64,000 nt of DNA from assembly GCA_022530585.1 (NCBI GenBank), contig CP092821.1, forward strand, positions 457,525 through 521,524. The letters run 5' to 3'. The notes beneath the pieces were generated by a model, which saw only the letters and a list, made by a program, of their open reading frames with translations, was not told the DNA's origin and made no database searches. How positions within the stretch are numbered: position 1 is the stretch's first letter; each line of letters begins with the position of its first letter. The DNA is from Candidatus Nealsonbacteria bacterium DGGOD1a. Lineage in GTDB: Bacteria; Patescibacteriota; Minisyncoccia; Minisyncoccales; UBA5738. Positions 35,947 to 42,742 of this stretch are shown here, piece after piece. The translations under genes were made by a program, and so were the position numbers.

Positions 35947-36930
35947 ATGCAAATAAATTTAATCAAAATAGTGTCGCTTGCTTTCATTCTTTTGGTGGTG
36001 ACATTGCCTATGCAAATTTCTGCGATTGCACAGTCGGTAGAACCGATTAGCATTGATAATGCCTTACGAGGTCAAGAATACGAAAGATATCTTAGTCTTA
36101 CTAATACCGATGATTCGGCTGCCGATTTTGAAGTGGTGGCGAACGGTGATATTTTTGATTTCACTTCGTTTTATGAAGTTAATACACCAGAGAAAGAGAG
36201 CCCAAAATTATTACTGCATATTCCGGGTCAAGGTACGGCTACGGCGATTGTTAAATTTACAATTTCTTCCGATTTAAAGAGCGATAAAACTTATAAAGGC
36301 TATATAAATTTTTCATACGCGCCAGTATCTGATTCTGTGGAAAAAAATCAAAATTTGGTCATTTCTGGTGTTGGTCGGCCGGTAAGTATAACCCTTGGCG
36401 GTAAAGAAGTTGTTGAATCTCGTTGCAGTTTTATGCCGGTGAACGGTTTTGTTGAAGCGGGGACACCATTAAAAATTATGGTTACCTGCATTAACGATGG
36501 CAACATAAACATAAAGCCATCGGTACAGGTATCTGTTTCCCAGAACGGCCAACTTGTTTCGGGGTCAGGCATGGTATTTTTGTATGATAGCAATAAAAAA
36601 GGTATCAAACCGTCACAATCTGAAGTTTTGAATTATGAATTACAAACAGGGAATTTTAATCTTGGAACTTATCAAATCGATGTTAAAGCGTTTCAGGGCG
36701 AAAAAGAATTCCAACATAATATTTACGATGTAAAAATCCTTGAGAAAAACACACTGAACACACCAAATGTTGCATCGCTGGCATCTATTGCTGGGGATAA
36801 TCAGCAATGGATATCGATGGTGGGTGTTGTAGTTTTGGCAATTCTTATTGTTACTATTTATGTGTTTGTTAAAAAACGATCTAAAGGCAAATTTATTAAT
36901 GCATCCGTGCAAGAAACTAGCAGTAAATAA
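35947..36930 (+). CDS. Surface protein C: signal peptide, two Ig-like/beta-sandwich-looking domains, C-terminal TM anchor and basic tail
   Basis: 327 aa. N-terminal LAFILLVVTLPMQISAIA and C-terminal WISMVGVVVLAILIVTIYVFVKKRSKGK. The architecture is reminiscent of DUF916/DUF3324 (CscA-type) proteins of Firmicutes WxL loci; this is an analogy only. Confidence 0.55.
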   Translation: MQINLIKIVSLAFILLVVTLPMQISAIAQSVEPISIDNALRGQEYERYLSLTNTDDSAADFEVVANGDIFDFTSFYEVNTPEKESPKLLLHIPGQGTATAIVKFTISSDLKSDKTYKGYINFSYAPVSDSVEKNQNLVISGVGRPVSITLGGKEVVESRCSFMPVNGFVEAGTPLKIMVTCINDGNINIKPSVQVSVSQNGQLVSGSGMVFLYDSNKKGIKPSQSEVLNYELQTGNFNLGTYQIDVKAFQGEKEFQHNIYDVKILEKNTLNTPNVASLASIAGDNQQWISMVGVVVLAILIVTIYVFVKKRSKGKFINASVQETSSK

Positions 36931-36963
36931 ATTAATTGGATATCTGTGTATCCAATAATAAGT

Positions 36964-39312
36964 ATGTCCCAAAAAAAGATAAATCTGTTCTACTGTTTTA
37001 AAAAGGCGGGATATTCGACGCTGGTAATCTTTGCGATTATTTTTCAATTTGCGAATCCAATTATTGTTTTTGCTGAAACTGAGCCGCGGCCAAATCCAAT
37101 TTTCAGTAAAAATTGCGGGTTGGATGTTGTTTTAGTTCTCGATAATTCAACTAGTATTAGTGAAGCCGATATTCAAAAGGAAAAAGCGGCTTTTTTAGGA
37201 TTGATTGATGATTTATCTGGTACGCCTTCGGAATTTAGCGTTCTTAATTTCGGTACGCGCGCACAACCAAAAATTGGATTTGGTGGATCAATTTCTGAAG
37301 TAAAAAATGCAATCAACAACATTCTCTATGACGGTTATGCGGCTACAAATTGGCAAGATGCACTTATTGTTTCTAAAAATTTTTTACCCAACAGAAATAA
37401 TAAAAGTAATTTGATTATTTTTGCTTCAGACGGGAATCCTACAATCAACAACGATGATTTAAGCGTTTTTGATTTACCGATTAACGGCAATGATTGGTCC
37501 TATCTTGATAATAATGATCGGGAAAATGCAATTATTGCGGCGAATGATGTGAAGCAGATTTATAACACGCGGATTGTGACTTTGGGGATTGGCGATGCGG
37601 TTAATGAAGGTAATTTACGCAAGATTTCGGGCAATTTGGCGGGCGATCATTATAATGTTGATAATTTTGACGAATTGAAAACCGCGTTGCACGATTTGGC
37701 GGCGGGGATGTGCGGGGGGACGATTACGGCGACGAAAAAGATCGGGGTGGAGGGGAATTGGGTGCCGGCGGGGGGTTGGTCGTTTAATATCGGGGGGCAG
37801 AGCAAGATCACGGACGCGATTAATGGGCAGACCGAGGCGGTGGAGTTGGTTAATGGTGATGATTACGCGGTGGTCGAAACGCCGCAAGCGGATTATTCTT
37901 TATTTGACGCTTCTTGTTCTATCAGCAATGGCGGCGGCGCGGTGGGGGTGTTTGATTCGGCCAACAACAAAGTAACCGGTATCGCGGTTGACACGCAGGA
38001 TATTATTGCTTGCACATTCTACAACAAAGTTCAATGCCAAAAGATTTTCGGGCCGGAGTCGTGTTTCAAGGAGGGTTGGGCCAAAAAGGATTATTCGTGG
38101 AATTTTCCGCAGTTTTGCGAAGCGGCGGGCGCGGATGAATATGAAAAACATCCGGACTGCGATTGCGTGGAATCTTCAAGCAAGAGTTGCACCGGGCCGC
38201 GGACTTCATTAACTTCCTATACTTACAATTTTTCCTATTGTCCGGCCAAGGATGATCTCGTCAACGATGATGACGCGGAGTGCGATTCCGAGTGGACTTG
38301 CGGCGATTGGACAGATGCCGAGTGCGTTTCCAACGACGGCGGCGGCAAGCGCAAGCAAACGCAATCTTGCACCGATCAATATGGCGGGGCAAAAACCAAC
38401 GAGCGGATTGTCGGCGATTTAACCTGTGGTTGTGCGCAAACCGAAACCGGCCGGAACTGTTTTGCCGACGGAATGGCGCGGGTGGAATATTCTCTCGGCG
38501 GCCAATCCTATTGTTCGGGGACTTTCACCGCGGAGGAATCCGACGCGGCTTGCGCTTGCCGATATTCAACATGGGCCAACAGCGGCTGTGCCGGTGATGG
38601 CAAGATGGGACAGGGACGGAATAATGAAACCACCGCTTTTACCTATTGCGTTGATTTGACCCGACAAATTGACGATGTTTCTTGCGCACAATGCACGGCC
38701 TGGTCGGATTGGGGAACTTGCTCGGCAACCTGCGATGGCGGGATAACGATTCGGACATGCACTGCGGGTGGTTTGGTTGGCAATACGGAATCCGCGGAGT
38801 GCAACACACAATCCTGCGGTGGAAGTCAGATGACCTATCATTGGAGCGACTGGGGAACTTGCTCGGCAACCTGCGGCGGCGGGACGCAAACAAGAACTTG
38901 TTTGGATGAACAAAATAACGCGGTTGACGACAGTTTTTGCTCTGGGGCTGCGACGCAGATATGCAACGCCCAGTCATGCGGTTCGTCCGAAGGGGGATCT
39001 TCGGGCGGCGGGATTAGCGGCGATTACAACAAAAATTATTTCGATAATCCCGTTGGCGGCCAAGTGGCCGGCGCGGCGATCGATTTGGATGAAATCCAGC
39101 GGCAGATCAACGAAATTCGCGATAAGGTGAATGACATTGCCAATCAGATTAACAACTTACCCAAAGGCATCCTGGGCGCCACCGATGTGGCCACCGGCGT
39201 CCTACCGGTAATCGCGGATATGAATGGCATATCGATCGCGGCTTTGCCGGCTCAATCCGAATTTACTCTTCCCGAACCAACCGCCGCGATTTCCCCCAAC
39301 CCCAAACAATAA
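36964..39312 (+). CDS. Giant secreted adhesin D: vWA (MIDAS) domain, Cna-B/SpaA-like domain, Cys-rich region, thrombospondin type-1 repeats, coiled coil, C-terminal LPEPT motif
   Basis: Signal peptide. vWA DVVLVLDNSTSIS...ATNWQDAL...FASDGNPT...IVTLGIGD. Cna-B-like GDDYAVVETPQADYSLFDASC. TSP1 repeats WSDWGTCSATCDGGITIRTC and WSDWGTCSATCGGGTQTRTC. Coiled coil IDLDEIQRQINEIRDKVNDIANQINNL. Confidence 0.75.
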   Translation: MSQKKINLFYCFKKAGYSTLVIFAIIFQFANPIIVFAETEPRPNPIFSKNCGLDVVLVLDNSTSISEADIQKEKAAFLGLIDDLSGTPSEFSVLNFGTRAQPKIGFGGSISEVKNAINNILYDGYAATNWQDALIVSKNFLPNRNNKSNLIIFASDGNPTINNDDLSVFDLPINGNDWSYLDNNDRENAIIAANDVKQIYNTRIVTLGIGDAVNEGNLRKISGNLAGDHYNVDNFDELKTALHDLAAGMCGGTITATKKIGVEGNWVPAGGWSFNIGGQSKITDAINGQTEAVELVNGDDYAVVETPQADYSLFDASCSISNGGGAVGVFDSANNKVTGIAVDTQDIIACTFYNKVQCQKIFGPESCFKEGWAKKDYSWNFPQFCEAAGADEYEKHPDCDCVESSSKSCTGPRTSLTSYTYNFSYCPAKDDLVNDDDAECDSEWTCGDWTDAECVSNDGGGKRKQTQSCTDQYGGAKTNERIVGDLTCGCAQTETGRNCFADGMARVEYSLGGQSYCSGTFTAEESDAACACRYSTWANSGCAGDGKMGQGRNNETTAFTYCVDLTRQIDDVSCAQCTAWSDWGTCSATCDGGITIRTCTAGGLVGNTESAECNTQSCGGSQMTYHWSDWGTCSATCGGGTQTRTCLDEQNNAVDDSFCSGAATQICNAQSCGSSEGGSSGGGISGDYNKNYFDNPVGGQVAGAAIDLDEIQRQINEIRDKVNDIANQINNLPKGILGATDVATGVLPVIADMNGISIAALPAQSEFTLPEPTAAISPNPKQ

Positions 39313-39356
39313 TTCCCAACCCCCAAACCCCCTGTTAAAAACCCCTGTTAAGGAAA

Positions 39357-39437
39357 CCCTGTTGAGGTTTGACCTCAACAGGGGTTTTATATCCCGTTAT
39401 CCCCGTTGAGGTCCCCGTTGAGGTCAAACCTCAACAG
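39357..39437. repeat. REP pair (palindromic ctgttgaggtNNgacctcaacag units) with ~20-nt spacer
   Basis: ccctgttgaggtttgacctcaacagggg ... ccccgttgaggtcaaacctcaacag aagttgatattaaa. The same REP-spacer-REP-'aagttgatattaaa' layout precedes the RAYT gene at 41846-41937 and its fragment at 41124-41220. Confidence 0.8.
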
Positions 39438-39774
39438 AAGTTGATATTAAAGGGTCTGTTGCCGAATTAGCTTCAACTGCAATTTCCATTTTTCGGCTGC
39501 AAAGAATTCATCATTCGTAAATATATACTTAGTATATACTTGCATCGCGTTTAATTTTACCGGGCGCAAGCCCTTTTTTGTTTGGGTGATGCGAATTAAA
39601 ACGCGGTTTGGCGTTTTCCACAGACGGCGGCGCGGCGGAGGGTTGACACGGATTTTCCTTAATGTGAAGGTCAGACCTTCGCAACCTTTATGTATTTTAG
39701 CTGTAGCTAAAAATATCAAATTTGAAAATGCCTATTGCTTTTTTTTGGATCTTTGATAAAAGGAAAATACCTAC

Positions 39775-40040
39775 CAAGAAGGGTAGCAGGATGTTCGGGG
39801 TCGTAGAACTCCTTCAGCGCATGGTTCGAGGGCCGAGTGATCGCCTCACCTGAAACAACAGTAACCATCGCAACGAAGCGCGACCGCGTGGAGTGGAATG
39901 TCGGTGCACACTCAGCGCCACCAGGGACCGATGGATATGTTTATCCGGGTGTTGTTTTATCTGCTTGCTGGCGTAAAAGCGATAAAACCAGCCCCCCACT
40001 TTCATCTTATGGTCTGATGGAACCTAATCCATCAATTTGA
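39775..40040. other. GC-rich non-coding island with multiple potential helices (candidate unclassified ncRNA or decayed gene)
   Basis: Visibly higher GC than its flanks. ORFs on both strands look non-protein-like. Local helices: ggata-tgt-tatcc, tgatgga-acctaa-tccatca, gaaacaaca/tgttgttt, ccatcg/cgatgg. Confidence 0.25.
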
Positions 40041-40076
40041 GCCAAGTGATAATTCGCGCGGCTCCTTTTATTTTCC

Positions 40077-40105
40077 TTGACAAATCTATTTTTTAAAGTT
40101 ATTGT
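40077..40105 (+). promoter_or_regulatory. Putative sigma70-type promoter of the wHTH gene
   Basis: TTGACA (40077-40082), a 17-nt spacer, TATTGT (40100-40105), then a GGAGG RBS 7 nt before ATG 40131. Confidence 0.5.
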
Positions 40106-40130
40106 TTCAGCAGCTCCTTGGAGGCCTGTC

Positions 40131-40448
40131 ATGTTAAGTGTTGACGATATAACATCTTTAGTAGTAGCCATATATTGTTTTAAAGATACGTCGAGAGTCG
40201 TTGTTTTTGAAGCGATTTGTAATGGCGTGGTTGAGCGTAGCGCTATTGATGAAACAACTAAATTACCATACGCTAAAATAAGTCACGCATTATACACGAT
40301 TAGGGCGAACGGATTTATACGACAAAGCGAACACATGGGGAGTTGGGAATTAACGGAATTGGGTAAGAAGATGAAACATATTTTGTTTTACCTAAAAGAT
40401 AGCGAAAATGCTAAAGAAGCGGTAAAAATTTTAAACCGTCATTTTTGA
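40131..40448 (+). CDS. Small winged-helix-type putative transcriptional regulator
   Basis: 105 aa from ATG 40131 (MLSVDDITSLVVAIYCFKD...). ERSAIDETTKLPYAKISHALYTIRANGFIRQSEHMGSWELTELGKKM has an HTH-plus-wing pattern (MarR/PadR-like). The ORF-track start 40077 is the promoter -35. Confidence 0.5.
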   Translation: MLSVDDITSLVVAIYCFKDTSRVVVFEAICNGVVERSAIDETTKLPYAKISHALYTIRANGFIRQSEHMGSWELTELGKKMKHILFYLKDSENAKEAVKILNRHF

Positions 40449-40571
40449 TCCAAAGTTTTTAACTGCGGATTTTTTTATTAGAAATTGGCGCTTTCTTAAC
40501 GCGAAGGTTAGACCTTCGCAATCCCCGCACCGAATACCACTTATTATTACCGCTGTGTTTCGCACGCGTCT

Positions 40572-41060
40572 TTGGCGGTGAGCGTCGATCATAGTTTCAC
40601 GACATCGGCGGCCGGGCAGGTGGCGGGGATTCAAACCGAACGGGACGGCTTTGATGGAGCTTTGGGTATGCCAACCGGAGCAAACACAAGCGGGACGGAT
40701 GCGGATGCGGATGGCAGAATAGAACCGGGCCGGGTTGAAGGCGCGCAAACCGAACGCTCCGATGAAACTTTTGCCGGTGCCGCGGACGAGCCGCGGAACG
40801 GCGGAATTGAATCCGCGGCAAAGGCGGGAATTTGTTGGCCGGATTTTCCTTGGTGGGTGTTTTTGATCCTTGCGGCGATTTGCGGAGCGCGGGCTTGGGC
40901 GAATAAAAAAAGCCGCCGGTTATGGATGGCGGGCGGTATTGTTCCGCTGGCGTTCGCAGGGTGGGCGTATTTTGCCAAACCTTGCGTTGACTGGAAATTG
41001 TTCGCGGCGATGGCGGTTGTTGCGCTGGTTGCCTGGGTTGTCGACCGCAATCGCAAATGA
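40572..41060 (+). CDS. Hypothetical membrane protein (low-complexity N-terminus, three C-terminal TM helices)
   Basis: 162-aa ORF in a GC-rich stretch. C-terminal WWVFLILAAICGA, GGIVPLAFAGWAYF, FAAMAVVALVAWVV. Overlapping antisense ORFs make the coding status uncertain. Confidence 0.3.
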   Translation: MAVSVDHSFTTSAAGQVAGIQTERDGFDGALGMPTGANTSGTDADADGRIEPGRVEGAQTERSDETFAGAADEPRNGGIESAAKAGICWPDFPWWVFLILAAICGARAWANKKSRRLWMAGGIVPLAFAGWAYFAKPCVDWKLFAAMAVVALVAWVVDRNRK

Positions 41061-41123
41061 CCAATTTCGAGCTTCGTTAAAAGAAATATGCCATTGCGCT
41101 TGGGCGAGTGGAGAATGGGCGGC

Positions 41124-41197
41124 GCCTGTTGAGGTCAAACCTCAACAGGCTTTTTGTATCCCGTTATCCCCGTCCTGTTGAGGTTTGACCTCAACAG
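41124..41197. repeat. REP pair preceding the truncated RAYT copy
   Basis: gcctgttgaggtcaaacctcaacaggc (41124-41150) and cctgttgaggtttgacctcaacag (41174-41197). Confidence 0.85.
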
Positions 41198-41220
41198 AAG
41201 TTGATATTAAAATTAAACAT

Positions 41221-41358
41221 ATGAGAAAAGAACCGTTTTTTGTTGGCGATTATGTTCATGTTTTTAATCGCGGCAACCGCAAAATGGATATTGTGCGCGA
41301 CAATATCGATTTACTTGGTGGCGAGTTGCAAAAAAAAGAAAAATGGCGCATATTGTAA
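41221..41358 (+). pseudogene. N-terminal fragment of the RAYT transposase (first 30 codons duplicated, then unrelated tail)
   Basis: 41174-41309 is identical to 41891-42026 except for one base. It encodes MRKEPFFVGDYVHVFNRGNRKMDIVRDNID, then diverges and stops at 41356-41358. Confidence 0.75.
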
Positions 41359-41373
41359 TTGCGAGCGAAAATT

Positions 41374-41685
41374 ATGGAAACCATAACTTTATCCAAAGAA
41401 AAATATTATGAATTGGTGGAAAAAGCCGCACTTTACGATCGTTTTCGGCAACAATACGGAAACGAAGTTTTTGCGTGTCCGCCGGTGAAAGATGCCGATA
41501 GGGTTATGGAATCGTTTGCTAAAACCGGACTTTACAGCAAGAATTTTTTGGAAAGTTTTAAAAAAGGGTTAGGGCGATCTTCTTATTTTAAACATGAGAA
41601 TCCTGCCTCTTCATCCCGAACTACGAGATTATCTGAAAAAAAGAAATCTTGTGGAAAAATTCGCCAAACAAAAACGGATTTTTGA
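41374..41685 (+). CDS. Putative antitoxin of the adjacent RelE/ParE-type toxin
   Basis: METITLSKEKYYELVEKAALYDRFRQQ... Position immediately upstream of the toxin. The unusually long 92-nt overlap with the toxin ORF suggests the 3' end may be mis-set or frameshifted. Confidence 0.4.
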   Translation: METITLSKEKYYELVEKAALYDRFRQQYGNEVFACPPVKDADRVMESFAKTGLYSKNFLESFKKGLGRSSYFKHENPASSSRTTRLSEKKKSCGKIRQTKTDF

Positions 41686-41842
41686 GCAAAATCCGTTTCA
41701 CCCGGGTCTTAATACCGAATTGTTGTCACCCAAAAGACTGCGGTTCTGGAGTTTTAGGATTGATCGAAAATATCGCGTCATTTTTATTTTTCGCGGTCGC
41801 GCCATAGTTGAGATCATCGATATTAACGACCATTATCAATGA
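41594..41842 (+). CDS. RelE/ParE-superfamily type II toxin
   Basis: 82 aa. KKRNLVEKFAKQKRIFEQNPFHPGLNTELLSPKRLRFWSFRIDRKYRVIFIFRGRAIVEIIDINDH follows the RelE/ParE pattern (..nP.hP.L....l.....ws.Ri...yRiif......i.i..i..H). Confidence 0.65.
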   Translation: MRILPLHPELRDYLKKRNLVEKFAKQKRIFEQNPFHPGLNTELLSPKRLRFWSFRIDRKYRVIFIFRGRAIVEIIDINDHYQ

Positions 41843-41845
41843 GAA

Positions 41846-41914
41846 CCCTGTTGAGGTCAAACCTCAACAGGGTTTTTGTTTCCCCGTATTCCTGTTGAGG
41901 TTTGACCTCAACAG
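41846..41914. repeat. REP pair immediately upstream of the RAYT gene
   Basis: ccctgttgaggtcaaacctcaacaggg (41846-41873) and cctgttgaggtttgacctcaacag (41891-41914). Confidence 0.85.
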
Positions 41915-41937
41915 AAGTTGATATTAAAATTAAACAT

Positions 41938-42672
41938 ATGAGAAAAGAACCGTTTTTTGTTGGCGATTATGTTCATGTTTTTAATCGCGGCAACCGCAAA
42001 ATGGATATTGTGCGCGATAATATCGACCGTTGGCGTTTCCTTTCGATTTTAAGATATTTCAATGACCAGCGGCCGTCTCTGAATATTTTGCGCGAACTCC
42101 TCAATACGCGCCTGTTGAGGTTTGACCTCAACAGCGCCGAAAAGAGCTATTGTTTTGATTGGCCGAAAAATTGGCCGCCGCAAAAACCTCTCGTGAGGAT
42201 TGTTTCATATGCTTTAATGCCGAATCATTATCATTTGCTTCTGCAAGAAATTGATGACGGCGGTATTTCCGTATTTATGAAAAAACTCGGCAATGGATTT
42301 ACCGGATATGTCAATATCAAATACGATGAGGTGGGTAAAATTTTTCAAGGGTCATACAAAGCGAAAACCGTGAAAAACGAGAATTATTTGCAGTATCTGG
42401 ATGCTTATATCCAAGTTTTGAATCCGTTTGAGCTTTTGTCGCCGGAATTCGTAATCAAGTCGCCGCGAAAAGCGTTTTTGGAAGTTGCCGCCAACCCGTT
42501 TTCCAGCTTGGGAGAGTCTCTTGGATTGAATAATTTGCAAATCGTGGACAGAAAATCAATTGAGCGAGAAATCGGCCTGACGAGCGACCGCGAAAAATAT
42601 CTGAAATTGATCAATGATATTATGGCCGCCGGCGGTTTAAAAAAAATCCTCGGCGAGTTGCTCTTCGATTGA
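41938..42672 (+). CDS. REP-associated tyrosine transposase (RAYT; IS200/Y1-like HUH enzyme)
   Basis: 244 aa from ATG 41938. HUH motif YALMPNHYHLLLQE and C-terminal Tyr region NENYLQYLDAYIQVLNP. Flanked on both sides by its cognate REPs and carrying one internally (42111-42134). Confidence 0.8.
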   Translation: MRKEPFFVGDYVHVFNRGNRKMDIVRDNIDRWRFLSILRYFNDQRPSLNILRELLNTRLLRFDLNSAEKSYCFDWPKNWPPQKPLVRIVSYALMPNHYHLLLQEIDDGGISVFMKKLGNGFTGYVNIKYDEVGKIFQGSYKAKTVKNENYLQYLDAYIQVLNPFELLSPEFVIKSPRKAFLEVAANPFSSLGESLGLNNLQIVDRKSIEREIGLTSDREKYLKLINDIMAAGGLKKILGELLFD

Positions 42673-42673
42673 T

Positions 42674-42696
42674 CTGTTGAGGTCAAACCTCAACAG
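42674..42696. repeat. REP unit directly after the RAYT stop codon
   Basis: ctgttgaggtcaaacctcaacag. Confidence 0.85.
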
Positions 42697-42742
42697 GCAT
42701 TTTGTTTGACCTGAAGGCGGTTTTTGTATAGGATGACATAAT

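Noticed and set aside
39268-39312. Reading LPEPT of protein D as a PEP-CTERM or LPXTG sorting signal
   Set aside because: Both signals require a following hydrophobic helix and a basic cluster. Here only 10 hydrophilic residues follow, and no exosortase gene is in the window. It is reported only as a non-canonical shared motif.
39775-40040. tmRNA, RNase P RNA or SRP RNA
   Set aside because: No GGGG...UUCGAC 5' end, no T-arm plus CCACCA 3' end, and no tag ORF (tmRNA). No GGAAAGUCCGG or ACAGAAnCCGGCUUA (RNase P). No GUCAGGUCCGGAAGGAAGCAGC (SRP). It is kept only as an unclassified candidate.
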